This document shows, piece after piece, positions 48,153 through 57,571 of a stretch of 64,000 nt of DNA. The position numbers were made by a program, and so were the translations under genes. Source of the DNA: a virus (taxonomy: Duplodnaviria > Heunggongvirae > Uroviricota > Caudoviricetes); IMG/VR virus record IMGVR_UViG_3300043438_001962; one strand, 5' to 3'. Positions within the stretch are counted from its first letter, which is position 1, and every line of letters begins with the position of its first letter. The notes under the pieces are model-generated. The model had not been told where the DNA came from, did not search any database, and saw nothing but the letters and a program-made list of their open reading frames with translations.

Positions 48153-49019
48153 ATGGCACAAAGAAGTTACGACATAGGAGAAAGATTTGACCGGGGTTAC
48201 TCACGTAATCCTGATTGGAATCGTGATTTTAAGGAAGACCAAGACAGAAGAACGAGAACAATCAATAGAATTTTGGATATCACCGTAAGAGAAAATGTTA
48301 GACAAAACAATACGATGTTATCTGATGTTTATTTTACGAAGTATTGGGGTGTCGGTAATTATTTTTTGGTTTATAGGTTGAAAGATGATTACCAAAGATT
48401 AGAGATACTTATTGGGGCGATTATAGAATCGACCGATGAAGTATTAAATTGGTATGATTTGACAACTCGATTTAATTTTGATATTATTATTGTTACTCCA
48501 TATAGAACTATTGTTAGAAGTTATTTTGATTTATTGTATGAATATCAAACAATGACTACTAGTAGTTACAGAAAAAATCACCCAAGGATTGAAGAATTAA
48601 AAGAATGGTTGGTTAAGACAAGAGATAGACGATATGAAAGGGTAACTCCCAAAGTTGATTTATCAGTTTATACATATACGGATAGAGGTGGTGAACAAAG
48701 AGAATTACTTGAATTAAGAGGAGATATTACACCTCGCGAGATGGAAAGTAGAAGAGAACAAGAAAGATATTTGAACCAACAACGTGGAATACGACCGGGA
48801 CAATATGATGTTGTAATGGGTGCAGAAGTATTTTATCAACAATCGTTACAACAACAAATAATAGAAAGACAGAGAGAATTGTATCAAAATCAAATGTCGT
48901 TACGGATATCTGATTACCCCGAGAGAAGTAATCCCTGTGCTGAGATTGAATTACCAAAAGTAACTGTAACTCAAAGGGTTACTAAATTAAATAAATTATT
49001 AAAAAAATTAAAATTATGA
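48153..49019 (+). CDS. hypothetical R/E-rich protein
   Basis: The start was set at the first ATG, because the track start is a TTG. Confidence 0.45.
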   Translation: MAQRSYDIGERFDRGYSRNPDWNRDFKEDQDRRTRTINRILDITVRENVRQNNTMLSDVYFTKYWGVGNYFLVYRLKDDYQRLEILIGAIIESTDEVLNWYDLTTRFNFDIIIVTPYRTIVRSYFDLLYEYQTMTTSSYRKNHPRIEELKEWLVKTRDRRYERVTPKVDLSVYTYTDRGGEQRELLELRGDITPREMESRREQERYLNQQRGIRPGQYDVVMGAEVFYQQSLQQQIIERQRELYQNQMSLRISDYPERSNPCAEIELPKVTVTQRVTKLNKLLKKLKL

Positions 49020-49600
49020 AAAACATTTTTTTAGATTGTGGAACCCATCTCTGTGAAGGGTTACTCGAATTCCAAGCTAAAGGAGTTATTGATGATACAT
49101 TTGAGATTCATACGTTTGAGGCAAATCCTGAATGTAAAATAGAAGAACGTATAAAGAAAATACCCTTAAATATTACTCCTCATAATGTTGCAGTATGGAT
49201 TGAGGATGGATTTGTATTGTTTAACCAAGAAAATCATAAAAATAGTCGAACAGGTTCCCCAACAGATGGACAATCTGATATAGATGGATGGGCATCTTCA
49301 ATTAATGGAATCGGATTCTACTGGCCAGGTTATGAAACTCAGGTTAAAGTTAAAAGTATCGATTTTAGTAAGTTTGTTTCTGAATTGCCAAAAGATTCAA
49401 ACATAATATGTAAGATGGATATAGAAGGTTCTGAATTCGCTATCTTACGAAAAATGATAGATGAAAAAACAATTACAAATATAAAGGAAATTTACGTTGA
49501 ATTTCATGAACGAGCTATGCCGGCTGAATCAACTGAATCTCGAAAAAAAATAGTTGATGATATTATAAACTTAGGTGTAGTAGTACATGAATGGTTTTAA
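49016..49600 (+). CDS. FkbM-family SAM-dependent methyltransferase
   Basis: An N-terminal FLDCGTHLCEG block and the MDIEGSEFAIL block match FkbM-domain signatures. Confidence 0.5.
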   Translation: MKNIFLDCGTHLCEGLLEFQAKGVIDDTFEIHTFEANPECKIEERIKKIPLNITPHNVAVWIEDGFVLFNQENHKNSRTGSPTDGQSDIDGWASSINGIGFYWPGYETQVKVKSIDFSKFVSELPKDSNIICKMDIEGSEFAILRKMIDEKTITNIKEIYVEFHERAMPAESTESRKKIVDDIINLGVVVHEWF

Positions 49601-49652
49601 TTTGAAACTTTTTAAATAAACCAAGTATAAAATTATTAAATAAATTAAAATT

Positions 49653-49874
49653 ATGAATATACAAACATTAACGTTTAATAGTACAACAAAGAAAGTCCAA
49701 TTGTTGTCAGGTTCAAGAGAATCAGGAATGCTTTTAGAAACATTTGATAATGTTCCAACAGTAAAAGTAGAAAATGGGTATTACGAGGTAATGCAAAAAT
49801 CAGGGGAAAACGGGGGAGTAGTTCCGGTGTTAAGAGTACCAATGGCAAATACGAATATGTTAATTCAAAAATAA
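49653..49874 (+). CDS. hypothetical small protein
   Basis: ORF only. Confidence 0.35.
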   Translation: MNIQTLTFNSTTKKVQLLSGSRESGMLLETFDNVPTVKVENGYYEVMQKSGENGGVVPVLRVPMANTNMLIQK

Positions 49875-49875
49875 T

Positions 49876-50121
49876 ATGAAAAACTTATTAAAATTTATTG
49901 GTGTTATTATAGGAATCTCTATTTGGATTGAGTTGGTTGATTTTTCATTCTATTTAATGAATTTATCTGACACGTTATGGTTCTATGTTGGATTTTTATT
50001 GTTGGCGTTAATAACTGTTGGTCCAATATTTTATTTTGGGGAGAATATTACAATGTTCTTGAAGAATATGAAAGGTGTCTTTACTTATAAAGACGAAGAA
50101 AATAAAAAAGATGAAAAATAA
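49876..50121 (+). CDS. small membrane protein
   Basis: Two TM segments are predicted. Confidence 0.35.
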   Translation: MKNLLKFIGVIIGISIWIELVDFSFYLMNLSDTLWFYVGFLLLALITVGPIFYFGENITMFLKNMKGVFTYKDEENKKDEK

Positions 50122-50122
50122 T

Positions 50123-50152
50123 TTGGATATATTAAACAAAGTATTATCTTTG
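50123..50152 (+). promoter_or_regulatory. Bacteroidetes-type promoter (TTG N19 TATCTTTG)
   Basis: The motif aaGTATTATCTTTGtatcc lies upstream of the gene at 50185. Confidence 0.55.
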
Positions 50153-50184
50153 TATCCAATTAAAAATTTAAAAAAGTAAAAAAA

Positions 50185-51021
50185 ATGAGTAGAGGTAAAA
50201 TTATTTTAGTGTTATTAGGGTTAGTGTTCGCAAGTTTATTCTTGGTAAATTCTTGTGAGAGAATTGATGCGGGTCACGTAGGTGTCAAAGTTGATATGTA
50301 CGGAAGTGGTAAAGGGGTGAATGATGTCACCGAGTGTACGGGTGTAGTATTTTATAATCCTATTACTACAAAGATTTATGAGTTTCCAACGTTTATCCAA
50401 CACAAAGAATACAAAGATGATAATTCATTTGTGGTGAATAGTAAGGATGGTTCGGAATTTAGCGTTTCTCCAATTATGAACTATTCAGTACAGAGAGAGA
50501 AAGTTCCGGGAATATTTGCTAAATACAGAAGAAGTTTAGAAGAAATTGAGGAAGGATTCTTAAAGACAGCTGTGTATGACGCATTCCGTTTGGCCACTAA
50601 TAAGTATACTGCTGATGGGTTAATTGGGAATAGAGAAGTGTTTGAAGTTGAAGTTAGACGATTGTTAGAAGGTCAATTACTAAAAGAAGGGTTCGTAATC
50701 AATCAGTTTACATCTAATTTAGTATATCCGGATTCATTCAAGAAAGCGATTAACGCTAAGAACAACGCGGTACAATCGGCATTGATGGCTGAGAACAAAG
50801 TAAAACAGGCTGAAGCTGAGGCAAAAATTAAGGTGGCGACGGCTAATGGTAACGCTGAGGCATTATTGGCAAACGCAAGAGCTGAGGCGGAATCTAACAG
50901 ATTAAGACAACAAACATTAACACCTATGTTGTTACAACAACAATGGATTGAGAAATGGAAAGGTCAAGTACCAACTACACAATTAGGAACTAACACACAA
51001 GTGTTGTACGGATTAAAATAA
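50185..51021 (+). CDS. SPFH/band-7 (stomatin/prohibitin-like) lipoprotein
   Basis: A signal peptide with a lipobox-like LVNSC is followed by a band-7 core and an Ala/Glu-rich AEAEAKIKVATANGNAEALLANARAEAE segment. Confidence 0.55.
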   Translation: MSRGKIILVLLGLVFASLFLVNSCERIDAGHVGVKVDMYGSGKGVNDVTECTGVVFYNPITTKIYEFPTFIQHKEYKDDNSFVVNSKDGSEFSVSPIMNYSVQREKVPGIFAKYRRSLEEIEEGFLKTAVYDAFRLATNKYTADGLIGNREVFEVEVRRLLEGQLLKEGFVINQFTSNLVYPDSFKKAINAKNNAVQSALMAENKVKQAEAEAKIKVATANGNAEALLANARAEAESNRLRQQTLTPMLLQQQWIEKWKGQVPTTQLGTNTQVLYGLK

Positions 51022-51030
51022 GATAAAGTT

Positions 51031-51384
51031 ATGATAGTATTAGTATTATTTTTGATTGTTGGTTTTGTATCCTTTGCGGCGTATGAAGGTGTTAATCTAT
51101 CTGTAACAGGATTTCCCCCAAAAGACGAAGATGTTTTAGAGTTCATTGAGAAAGTTAGAAAGAGTGACCCATATCTATTGGACGGTGCTAAACCGGGTTG
51201 TATGTTATGTTCAAGTGGTAACCCATATATTTCTTCAAGTTTAAGTACTTGTTTAATGGGGTATTATATTAAAGATGTTGGAGCAATACCAAGATGGTAT
51301 AAGTCGTATGGTGAGATTCAAAAACTATACGCAGAGTTAGGTGTGAATAATGTTAAAACAAAAAGAGAAAAATTAGGATTATAA
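51031..51384 (+). CDS. membrane-anchored hypothetical protein
   Basis: An N-terminal TM segment is present. Confidence 0.4.
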   Translation: MIVLVLFLIVGFVSFAAYEGVNLSVTGFPPKDEDVLEFIEKVRKSDPYLLDGAKPGCMLCSSGNPYISSSLSTCLMGYYIKDVGAIPRWYKSYGEIQKLYAELGVNNVKTKREKLGL

Positions 51385-51390
51385 AAACAA

Positions 51391-51417
51391 AACCCTCCAC
51401 ATCGGAGGGTTTTTTTA
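51391..51417. terminator. bidirectional terminator (CCCTCC acatc GGAGGG)
   Basis: The hairpin is flanked by A and T runs between convergent genes. Confidence 0.65.
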
Positions 51418-52005
51418 TTTTACTTTATACTTTGTGAAGTCGGTTGATAATGGTTTTTCATTTTTGAAGTAATATACTTCTGTCTTTCCATCATACTTAA
51501 TTGTTTTTCTATAAGCGGTTGGAACGGTTGCTCCGGATGGAAGTTTAATTGATTTTGGTCCGAAAATACATCTGATTTCAACAACAACTACTTTATTTAT
51601 TTTTGCTAGTTCTCGTTCTCTTACCTCAAGTAATCTCCAAGTAGTTCTGTTAAGGTTTTCTTGTTGTAGTGAGCAATTCAGATAAGTGAATGTTTTATGA
51701 AGAGTTTGTTTATCACAATTAAAGTCGGCAGCAGGTGCAAGATGACCTTTATCGTAAGGGTTTTTCTCGTAGTCACCATTATCGGATGTTTTAATTGAAT
51801 CACACACATAGAAGTCCATTCCGGCTCTTGACGCAGTTCCATTTGGACACTGAACGGTATAACGAATAAATTTAGGTTGTTCCAATTTCTCTGAATATAC
51901 AATCTCAAATATTGGTGTTTTAACCACAATACTATCTCGTAATACTTTTTGTGAGAATGATGTGAATGTGATTAGGGTAAGTAGTAATAATAGAATGTTT
52001 TTCAT
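51415..52005 (-). CDS. secreted non-specific DNA/RNA endonuclease (Serratia-type, DRGH motif)
   Basis: It has the signal peptide MKNILLLLLTLITFTSFSQ and the active-site block YDKGHLAPAADF. Confidence 0.65.
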   Translation of the reverse strand: MKNILLLLLTLITFTSFSQKVLRDSIVVKTPIFEIVYSEKLEQPKFIRYTVQCPNGTASRAGMDFYVCDSIKTSDNGDYEKNPYDKGHLAPAADFNCDKQTLHKTFTYLNCSLQQENLNRTTWRLLEVRERELAKINKVVVVEIRCIFGPKSIKLPSGATVPTAYRKTIKYDGKTEVYYFKNEKPLSTDFTKYKVK

Positions 52006-52010
52006 AAGTA

Positions 52011-52775
52011 ATGTTTAACAATAAATATCCATACCAAAAATTTACTTCCGGTATATTTATAGGTATGAGTTTAAGTAAAGATTTAACAATAGTAATACCC
52101 TGTAAAAACGAGGGGTTAATCATAAAGAAAACTTTGGAGTTAATAAACTTGCAAAGCAATATCAAAGGTGTGAATGTAATGGTTGCCGATTCTTCAACGG
52201 ACGATGGATTCACACAAAAATGTATCCTTAATTCATTTCATAATAATATTAATATAAAGATAGTTAAGGGAGGATTTCCCGCTGAAGCCAGAAACAACGG
52301 AACCAAAAAAATAAAGACACCTTATGTTTTATTTTTGGATGCAGATATTTTCATTAAGGAATTTAGTTTATTGAAAGAAATTGTTGAACAAATGAAAAAA
52401 AATGATTATCATTTATCCACAACTAAAATGAGAACTGACGATGGTCAATACAATTATGTGTATCAATCATTTGATGTTATCCAATACCTGACCAAATTTT
52501 CTACACCCTTTGCGGTCGGAGGATTTATGTTATTTAATTTAGAGGCATTCAATTCATTGGGAGGATTTAATTCGGATGACAAGTTTGCTGAGGATTATCA
52601 TTTAAGTTCAAAGATAAAACCAAATAAGTTTTATGTGGCGGACAAAATTGTTTATACCACATCAAGACGATTCAAGAACAAAGGTTTATTCTATATGGTT
52701 AAGATGATGATTAAATCTTGGGTTAATAGAAACAACGATGAGTTCTTCACAAAGGAACATAATTACTGGACATAA
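52011..52775 (+). CDS. family 2 glycosyltransferase (GT-A fold)
   Basis: It has the TIVIPCKNEG N-terminal block, VMVADSSTDDG, and a DxD in FLDADIF. The alternative start is 52065. Confidence 0.7.
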   Translation: MFNNKYPYQKFTSGIFIGMSLSKDLTIVIPCKNEGLIIKKTLELINLQSNIKGVNVMVADSSTDDGFTQKCILNSFHNNINIKIVKGGFPAEARNNGTKKIKTPYVLFLDADIFIKEFSLLKEIVEQMKKNDYHLSTTKMRTDDGQYNYVYQSFDVIQYLTKFSTPFAVGGFMLFNLEAFNSLGGFNSDDKFAEDYHLSSKIKPNKFYVADKIVYTTSRRFKNKGLFYMVKMMIKSWVNRNNDEFFTKEHNYWT

Positions 52776-53494
52776 TGAAATACAAAACAATAATTCTATC
52801 AGACATTCACTTGGGTTCTAAATCAAGTAGAGCCAACGATGTTATAGAATTTCTTGAAAAAAACACCACAGAGACCTTAATTTTGAATGGGGATATCGTT
52901 GATGGTTGGGCTCTTAAAAGAGGTGGGAAATGGAAGGAAAGTCATACCAAAGTATTGAGAAAGATAATGAAGATGAGTGAGAAAGGTGTGAATGTTATTT
53001 GGCTCAGAGGAAATCACGATGAGTTCCTGAAAGATTTTATTCCATTTCAATTATCCAATCTAACAATCACTGAGGATTATACCTTCACATCCATAGATGG
53101 TCGTAAGATGTATGTGTTTCACGGAGATGTTTTGGATGTATTCATCACCAAAGCAAAATGGTTGGCTCACATTGGTTCAATAGGTTATGACTTAGCATTA
53201 TGGATGAATAGAGTTTATAACAAATATCGTGAGATGAGAGGGTTACCTTATTATTCCATCTCCAAAGATATTAAGAATGGTGTTAAGAAAGCCGTTAACT
53301 TTATTAATGATTTTGAACATAACGCAATACTATTAACTTACAAAAAAGGATGTGATGTTGCCGTATGTGGACACATTCATCAGCCGGAGTTAAAAGATAA
53401 TTATATGAATAGTGGGGATTGGTGTGAGAACTGTACCGCACTTGTTGAAACAAAAAAAGGTAAGTGGGATATTATTGAATTCCATAAAAAATAA
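52775..53494 (+). CDS. calcineurin-like metallophosphoesterase, LpxH-like (UDP-2,3-diacylglucosamine pyrophosphatase family)
   Basis: It contains ILSDIHLGS, ILNGDIVDGW, LRGNHDEF and CGHIH, and overlaps the GT2 stop (ATGA). Confidence 0.55.
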   Translation: MKYKTIILSDIHLGSKSSRANDVIEFLEKNTTETLILNGDIVDGWALKRGGKWKESHTKVLRKIMKMSEKGVNVIWLRGNHDEFLKDFIPFQLSNLTITEDYTFTSIDGRKMYVFHGDVLDVFITKAKWLAHIGSIGYDLALWMNRVYNKYREMRGLPYYSISKDIKNGVKKAVNFINDFEHNAILLTYKKGCDVAVCGHIHQPELKDNYMNSGDWCENCTALVETKKGKWDIIEFHKK

Positions 53495-53629
53495 ATAAAA
53501 AAACAAAGATGAAAGAATTTATTAAAGATTTAAAAACATTTGGTAAAAAACATTGGAAACCTCTATTAACTATATTAGTGGTTGCGTTCTTACTTAAATA
53601 CTACCCTGATATTAAGAGTGGAGTTATAG

Positions 53630-53833
53630 ATGGTTGGTTTAATAGGTAAAATTATGGAATATAAAATCAATACAGAAAACAAAACTATTACAATTATTGA
53701 TAGTGCCGGAAAAGTTGATGAGATTAAATCATTGATGACTTTATTCCCTGACTATACACTGATTACAGGTAAACCAAAGCAGGAATGTGTCTGTAACCCT
53801 TCCAAAGGTGGGGACGGAATTTGTAAATGTTAA
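53630..53833 (+). CDS. hypothetical small protein (C-terminal Cys cluster)
   Basis: ORF only. Confidence 0.3.
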   Translation: MVGLIGKIMEYKINTENKTITIIDSAGKVDEIKSLMTLFPDYTLITGKPKQECVCNPSKGGDGICKC

Positions 53834-54033
53834 AAAAAATAACCTCAAGAGTTGAATTCTTGGGGTTTTTTATTTATCTTTGTGCTATGGATAATTTTAA
53901 AAAATTTATAGTCAAGAACAAATACGACCTTTTATCTATAGGTTGTATTATTTTAATGTTTTCTGTTAATGTGATGTTTGCCATCCCGGCAATAGCTTTT
54001 CTTGTAATTGATACAAGTAAATCAGAATATTAA
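53827..54033 (+). CDS. small membrane protein
   Basis: Two TM segments are predicted. Confidence 0.3.
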   Translation: MLKKITSRVEFLGFFIYLCAMDNFKKFIVKNKYDLLSIGCIILMFSVNVMFAIPAIAFLVIDTSKSEY

Positions 54034-54503
54034 TGGGTAAGTTATTACCTGTCCCATATCCCGGACAATCAATGGATGAATACCGGGAACAATTAGTCAA
54101 CTTCCAAAAGAATTATTGGAGTTTCTTAAAACCATCCAAAGGTGGAAGTAAGTTCATCCCTTCACCACCATTAACATTAATCAAAAAAACAAACGAAATG
54201 AGTTCAAGAAAATTAAGCGAACACGTCGAACAAGAATTATTCGACAAAGAAAAAAGAGTAATCGTAAACCCTGAAAAAGTTATCAAAACAAAACCTGTGA
54301 TAGTTAAAGAATCTGTATTGGGTGCGACTGAGGACAAACCGGTTAAAAAGAAAAAACCATACTACAGAAAGAAATACAACAAACCAAAACCTGTTGAGGT
54401 AGTTGAAGAACCAGTTAAATCAGATTATTCAATTAAAGCATTTACAATTGGGTTAATTTTTGGAATAATTGCAACTTTTATAGTTATTAATTTAATAAAA
54501 TAA
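54033..54503 (+). CDS. K-rich protein with a C-terminal TM anchor
   Basis: ORF only. Confidence 0.4.
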   Translation: MGKLLPVPYPGQSMDEYREQLVNFQKNYWSFLKPSKGGSKFIPSPPLTLIKKTNEMSSRKLSEHVEQELFDKEKRVIVNPEKVIKTKPVIVKESVLGATEDKPVKKKKPYYRKKYNKPKPVEVVEEPVKSDYSIKAFTIGLIFGIIATFIVINLIK

Positions 54504-54625
54504 AAAAATATTTACATTAATTAAAGTATTTATTGTAAATTACTTAAAAATGTACCCTCAAGACCCCGTAGAACCCGGATATTTTATGTTTTCAATTGTT
54601 GCAATTATGTGTGTAATTGTAATAG

Positions 54626-54829
54626 TTGATTCAATCAAAGATTATATTAAAGATGTTAAAAAAAATAAAAATAAGGATTAAATTATGGTTTGTGTTTCTT
54701 GGATGGTGTATATCAGATATCCGAGAGAACTACTATGATATGAAAACTCGTTATTTATTTGAAACTGACCCTGAATTACTTGAACTTCAAAGTTTTGTTA
54801 AAGAACTAATAAAAAAAGAAAATAAGTAA
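54626..54829 (+). CDS. hypothetical small protein
   Basis: ORF only. Confidence 0.3.
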   Translation: MIQSKIILKMLKKIKIRIKLWFVFLGWCISDIRENYYDMKTRYLFETDPELLELQSFVKELIKKENK

Positions 54830-54832
54830 TAT

Positions 54833-54876
54833 GAACGAGAGTAAAAAATTAAAATATTTACTCTCGTTTTATTTTT
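54833..54876 (+). terminator. rho-independent terminator
   Basis: The hairpin AACGAGAGTAAA ... TTTACTCTCGTT is followed by a T-run. Confidence 0.6.
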
Positions 54877-54922
54877 AAGAGTAAAAAATAGAAATAATTA
54901 CCCTCGTGTTATATTTATAGAT

Positions 54923-55294
54923 ATGAAAATTAAAATTAGTGAGGATAAATTAAATTTATTAAAGGATTTTGTCTTTGATGGGCTTAACATTGATAAGTAT
55001 GATTCTTTTCAATCAAGAAGTATTGATAAATTTTATATAGAATTTTTAACACCTGGTACGAGACAAAATGTTATTTCAAGATATTACCCTGAGATTAATT
55101 TAGCCGTGGTAAATGATGAGAAGTTTTATGATTTGATTAGTAATATGGTTGGTTCACATAACGTATATGATTTAATTAAAGATGATTTAATTAAACAAAT
55201 TTTTAAAGTGTATTCTGATAGATTTAGCAAAAGAAATTATGGTGAAATCCGAAATCTAAAGTATAGAAGTGACGAGGAATTTAATAAAAAATAA
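54923..55294 (+). CDS. hypothetical protein (MKIKISEDKLN leader, possibly family-related)
   Basis: The N-terminus is similar to the MKVIITENKL leaders. Confidence 0.4.
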   Translation: MKIKISEDKLNLLKDFVFDGLNIDKYDSFQSRSIDKFYIEFLTPGTRQNVISRYYPEINLAVVNDEKFYDLISNMVGSHNVYDLIKDDLIKQIFKVYSDRFSKRNYGEIRNLKYRSDEEFNKK

Positions 55295-55295
55295 A

Positions 55296-55326
55296 TGAGG
55301 AACTATTTGTTAGTTCCTTTTTTTAT
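55296..55326 (+). terminator. rho-independent terminator
   Basis: The hairpin AGGAACTA tttgt TAGTTCCT is followed by a T7 run. Confidence 0.65.
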
Positions 55327-55334
55327 GCTTACAT

Positions 55335-55691
55335 TTGTCAAAAATCTGTAGAGTAATGGAAAAAAAATTAGGGAAAATTGAAGCGGTAAAGTTTGGGGTT
55401 GGTGGATATCAAGATGCAATGTTAGGTATTCACGTTACATTAGGTAATGGAAGTTGGGGTGTTGGTGATTCAAGGGCTCAGTGGGATGCTGAGATGATTA
55501 GTTGTTCAGAACATTCTAAGTGGTCAGAGTCGGACAGAGATGTTTGGTATGCTGAAATTATGAGATATGTTTCAAAGTTACTGAGAGATGCTAAGGTTGA
55601 TTCTGTGGAGAAATTAAAAGGTAAACCAATTGAGGCGACCTTTGATGGTAACACATTAAAAGAATGGAGAATACTAACCGAGGTATTATAA
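55335..55691 (+). CDS. hypothetical protein
   Basis: ORF only. Confidence 0.4.
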   Translation: MSKICRVMEKKLGKIEAVKFGVGGYQDAMLGIHVTLGNGSWGVGDSRAQWDAEMISCSEHSKWSESDRDVWYAEIMRYVSKLLRDAKVDSVEKLKGKPIEATFDGNTLKEWRILTEVL

Positions 55692-55694
55692 AAT

Positions 55695-55723
55695 AAACCC
55701 TCACTTAACAGTGGGGGTTTTTA
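55695..55723 (+). terminator. terminator (CCCTCAC ttaaca GTGGGGG)
   Basis: It has the same stem sequence family as the hairpins at 36109 and 41386. Confidence 0.6.
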
Positions 55724-55745
55724 ATTTATGGGATATTTATATTGT

Positions 55746-56345
55746 ATGAAAGATTTAATTAGAAAAATATTACGAGAGGAAGTTAGTAGAAGATATACAA
55801 AATCTAATCCAAACATTGAGAAAACAATTATCCGACACATGGATAAATTGATGTCTCAAACTACCCGAATTATTCCACCACTTGATGAGAATTATGGTAT
55901 TTTCAATGAAGAATGGTGTAAAGGAGGTAATGTTGTAATTGAGGCTAGATATCATATAGATGATGAAACCGATGAATTTTTTTCAGGTGATTTATATGTT
56001 AATGATAAAGAGATTGATTTTTTATCAAATGTTTTACAGGTAAGGAAAGCTTATATACTTAATGTAATAACTGAATGGTATGATGATAATTATGCTAGCA
56101 AGTTTGGTCAGGAAGTTAATCATCCTGAATTTGAGATTTTTGAGTCGTTTGAAACAGATTCTAATCGTAAATGTTATCAGATGATTGATACTGATAAGTT
56201 AAGTAGAGAAGAAATGATTGATTATTTAGATAAGGAGACGGCATATAGACGAACTGAAATAGAAGGATTTTCAAGTGATAGGCTAAAAAGTACATACAGA
56301 AGTGTTTATAACTCAAGATTAAATAATATTGGAAACAGAAACTAA
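55746..56345 (+). CDS. paralog-family member with an MKDLIRKILREE leader
   Basis: The leader is shared with 60635..60991 (MKLQDTIKRILIEE). Confidence 0.45.
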   Translation: MKDLIRKILREEVSRRYTKSNPNIEKTIIRHMDKLMSQTTRIIPPLDENYGIFNEEWCKGGNVVIEARYHIDDETDEFFSGDLYVNDKEIDFLSNVLQVRKAYILNVITEWYDDNYASKFGQEVNHPEFEIFESFETDSNRKCYQMIDTDKLSREEMIDYLDKETAYRRTEIEGFSSDRLKSTYRSVYNSRLNNIGNRN

Positions 56346-56653
56346 TGAAAGTAATAATTACTGAAAATAAGTTAAATAGTTCAATTGAGAAGTATATTCT
56401 TAATGGATATCCTATGGTTAAAAGGGTATTTTTTACAACAAAAAAAATTAGGTTAGCAAGTGAACCAAATAGTAAGGGTGAGAATGATATTGTTAGAAAT
56501 ATAGTAAACATTGACTTCATTGATGGTAAGATGACTCACAGTCCAAGTTATGTGGGAAGACAAATAAGAAATGATATTAATTCAATGTTTGGTTTTGATA
56601 TTGATAAATATGGCTCAGATTGGGGTATGGAAGTTAAAATGGTAAGGGACTAA
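56345..56653 (+). CDS. MKVIITE-leader family member 1
   Basis: It starts MKVIITENKLNSSIEKYILNGY with a TAATG junction to the upstream gene. Confidence 0.55.
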   Translation: MKVIITENKLNSSIEKYILNGYPMVKRVFFTTKKIRLASEPNSKGENDIVRNIVNIDFIDGKMTHSPSYVGRQIRNDINSMFGFDIDKYGSDWGMEVKMVRD

Positions 56654-56958
56654 TGAAAGTAATTGTAACAGAAAATAAACTCCGGGATATACAATTAAAT
56701 TATCTGAATACAATGAAGTATGATTATGCTGATGTTGATAATTTTATAATATTGTATTACCCTGATAATGCGGATGATTATGAATTGTCTGATGTTATGA
56801 TGGAATATGACTTTGAAGATTTTAGATTATATATTGATTCCAACTTTGTGAAAGATTTTGGATTAACATACTTTCCAAATGAAGATGATGCCCAACCATT
56901 TATTAGAGATTGGTTTGAAGATAAATTTGGGGTTAAAGTAAAATATGTTGAATCGTAA
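56653..56958 (+). CDS. MKVIITE-leader family member 2
   Basis: It starts MKVIVTENKLRDIQLNYLNTMKY with a TAATG junction. Confidence 0.55.
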   Translation: MKVIVTENKLRDIQLNYLNTMKYDYADVDNFIILYYPDNADDYELSDVMMEYDFEDFRLYIDSNFVKDFGLTYFPNEDDAQPFIRDWFEDKFGVKVKYVES

Positions 56959-56959
56959 T

Positions 56960-57571
56960 ATGAAATTAATAATAACAGAATCACAATATAAAAAACTACA
57001 AGAACAACGTGTGAAGGGTGAAGAAATTACTCCCGGAAGATATGTTGTTCATTCATCCAATCCTTCAAATAGAGAGAATATTTCAACTACAGGTCTTCAA
57101 GTATCTTTGGGGGAATGTTATTTAATTTATGCCGATAGTAATTACGGGGAAGATGAAGAATGTGTTCCTGCGGTATTTGCGACAGATAGTATTAAGAAAA
57201 AAGATATGTTTGATTCAACTTATGATGATGACATATGGGTAATTGATACTGAAAGAGCTCGTGTACAATGGTATAAAGATGCTCATTTTGATGGTGGAGA
57301 TACTAAACATATTGTTACCTTTGAAGATGTTCCGGCGGATGCCGTTAGATTAATATACAAAGGAACAGGTGGTGATACTTGGAATCATCATGATGAAGAA
57401 GAAGAATTAACATTAAGTGAAATGATTAAGTTAGATATTAAAGTTGGTGATACTCTAATGGGGGGTAAATTTAAAAACAAAAAGGTTGTTGTTAAGACAA
57501 TTGATACAAATGAAAAAGGTGATGTATTAATTAACGGAAAACCATTATTAAGATTTAGAATTATAAAATAA
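56960..57571 (+). CDS. MKVIITE-leader family member 3
   Basis: It starts MKLIITESQYKKLQEQR. The start was set at the internal Met that matches the family. Confidence 0.5.
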   Translation: MKLIITESQYKKLQEQRVKGEEITPGRYVVHSSNPSNRENISTTGLQVSLGECYLIYADSNYGEDEECVPAVFATDSIKKKDMFDSTYDDDIWVIDTERARVQWYKDAHFDGGDTKHIVTFEDVPADAVRLIYKGTGGDTWNHHDEEEELTLSEMIKLDIKVGDTLMGGKFKNKKVVVKTIDTNEKGDVLINGKPLLRFRIIK

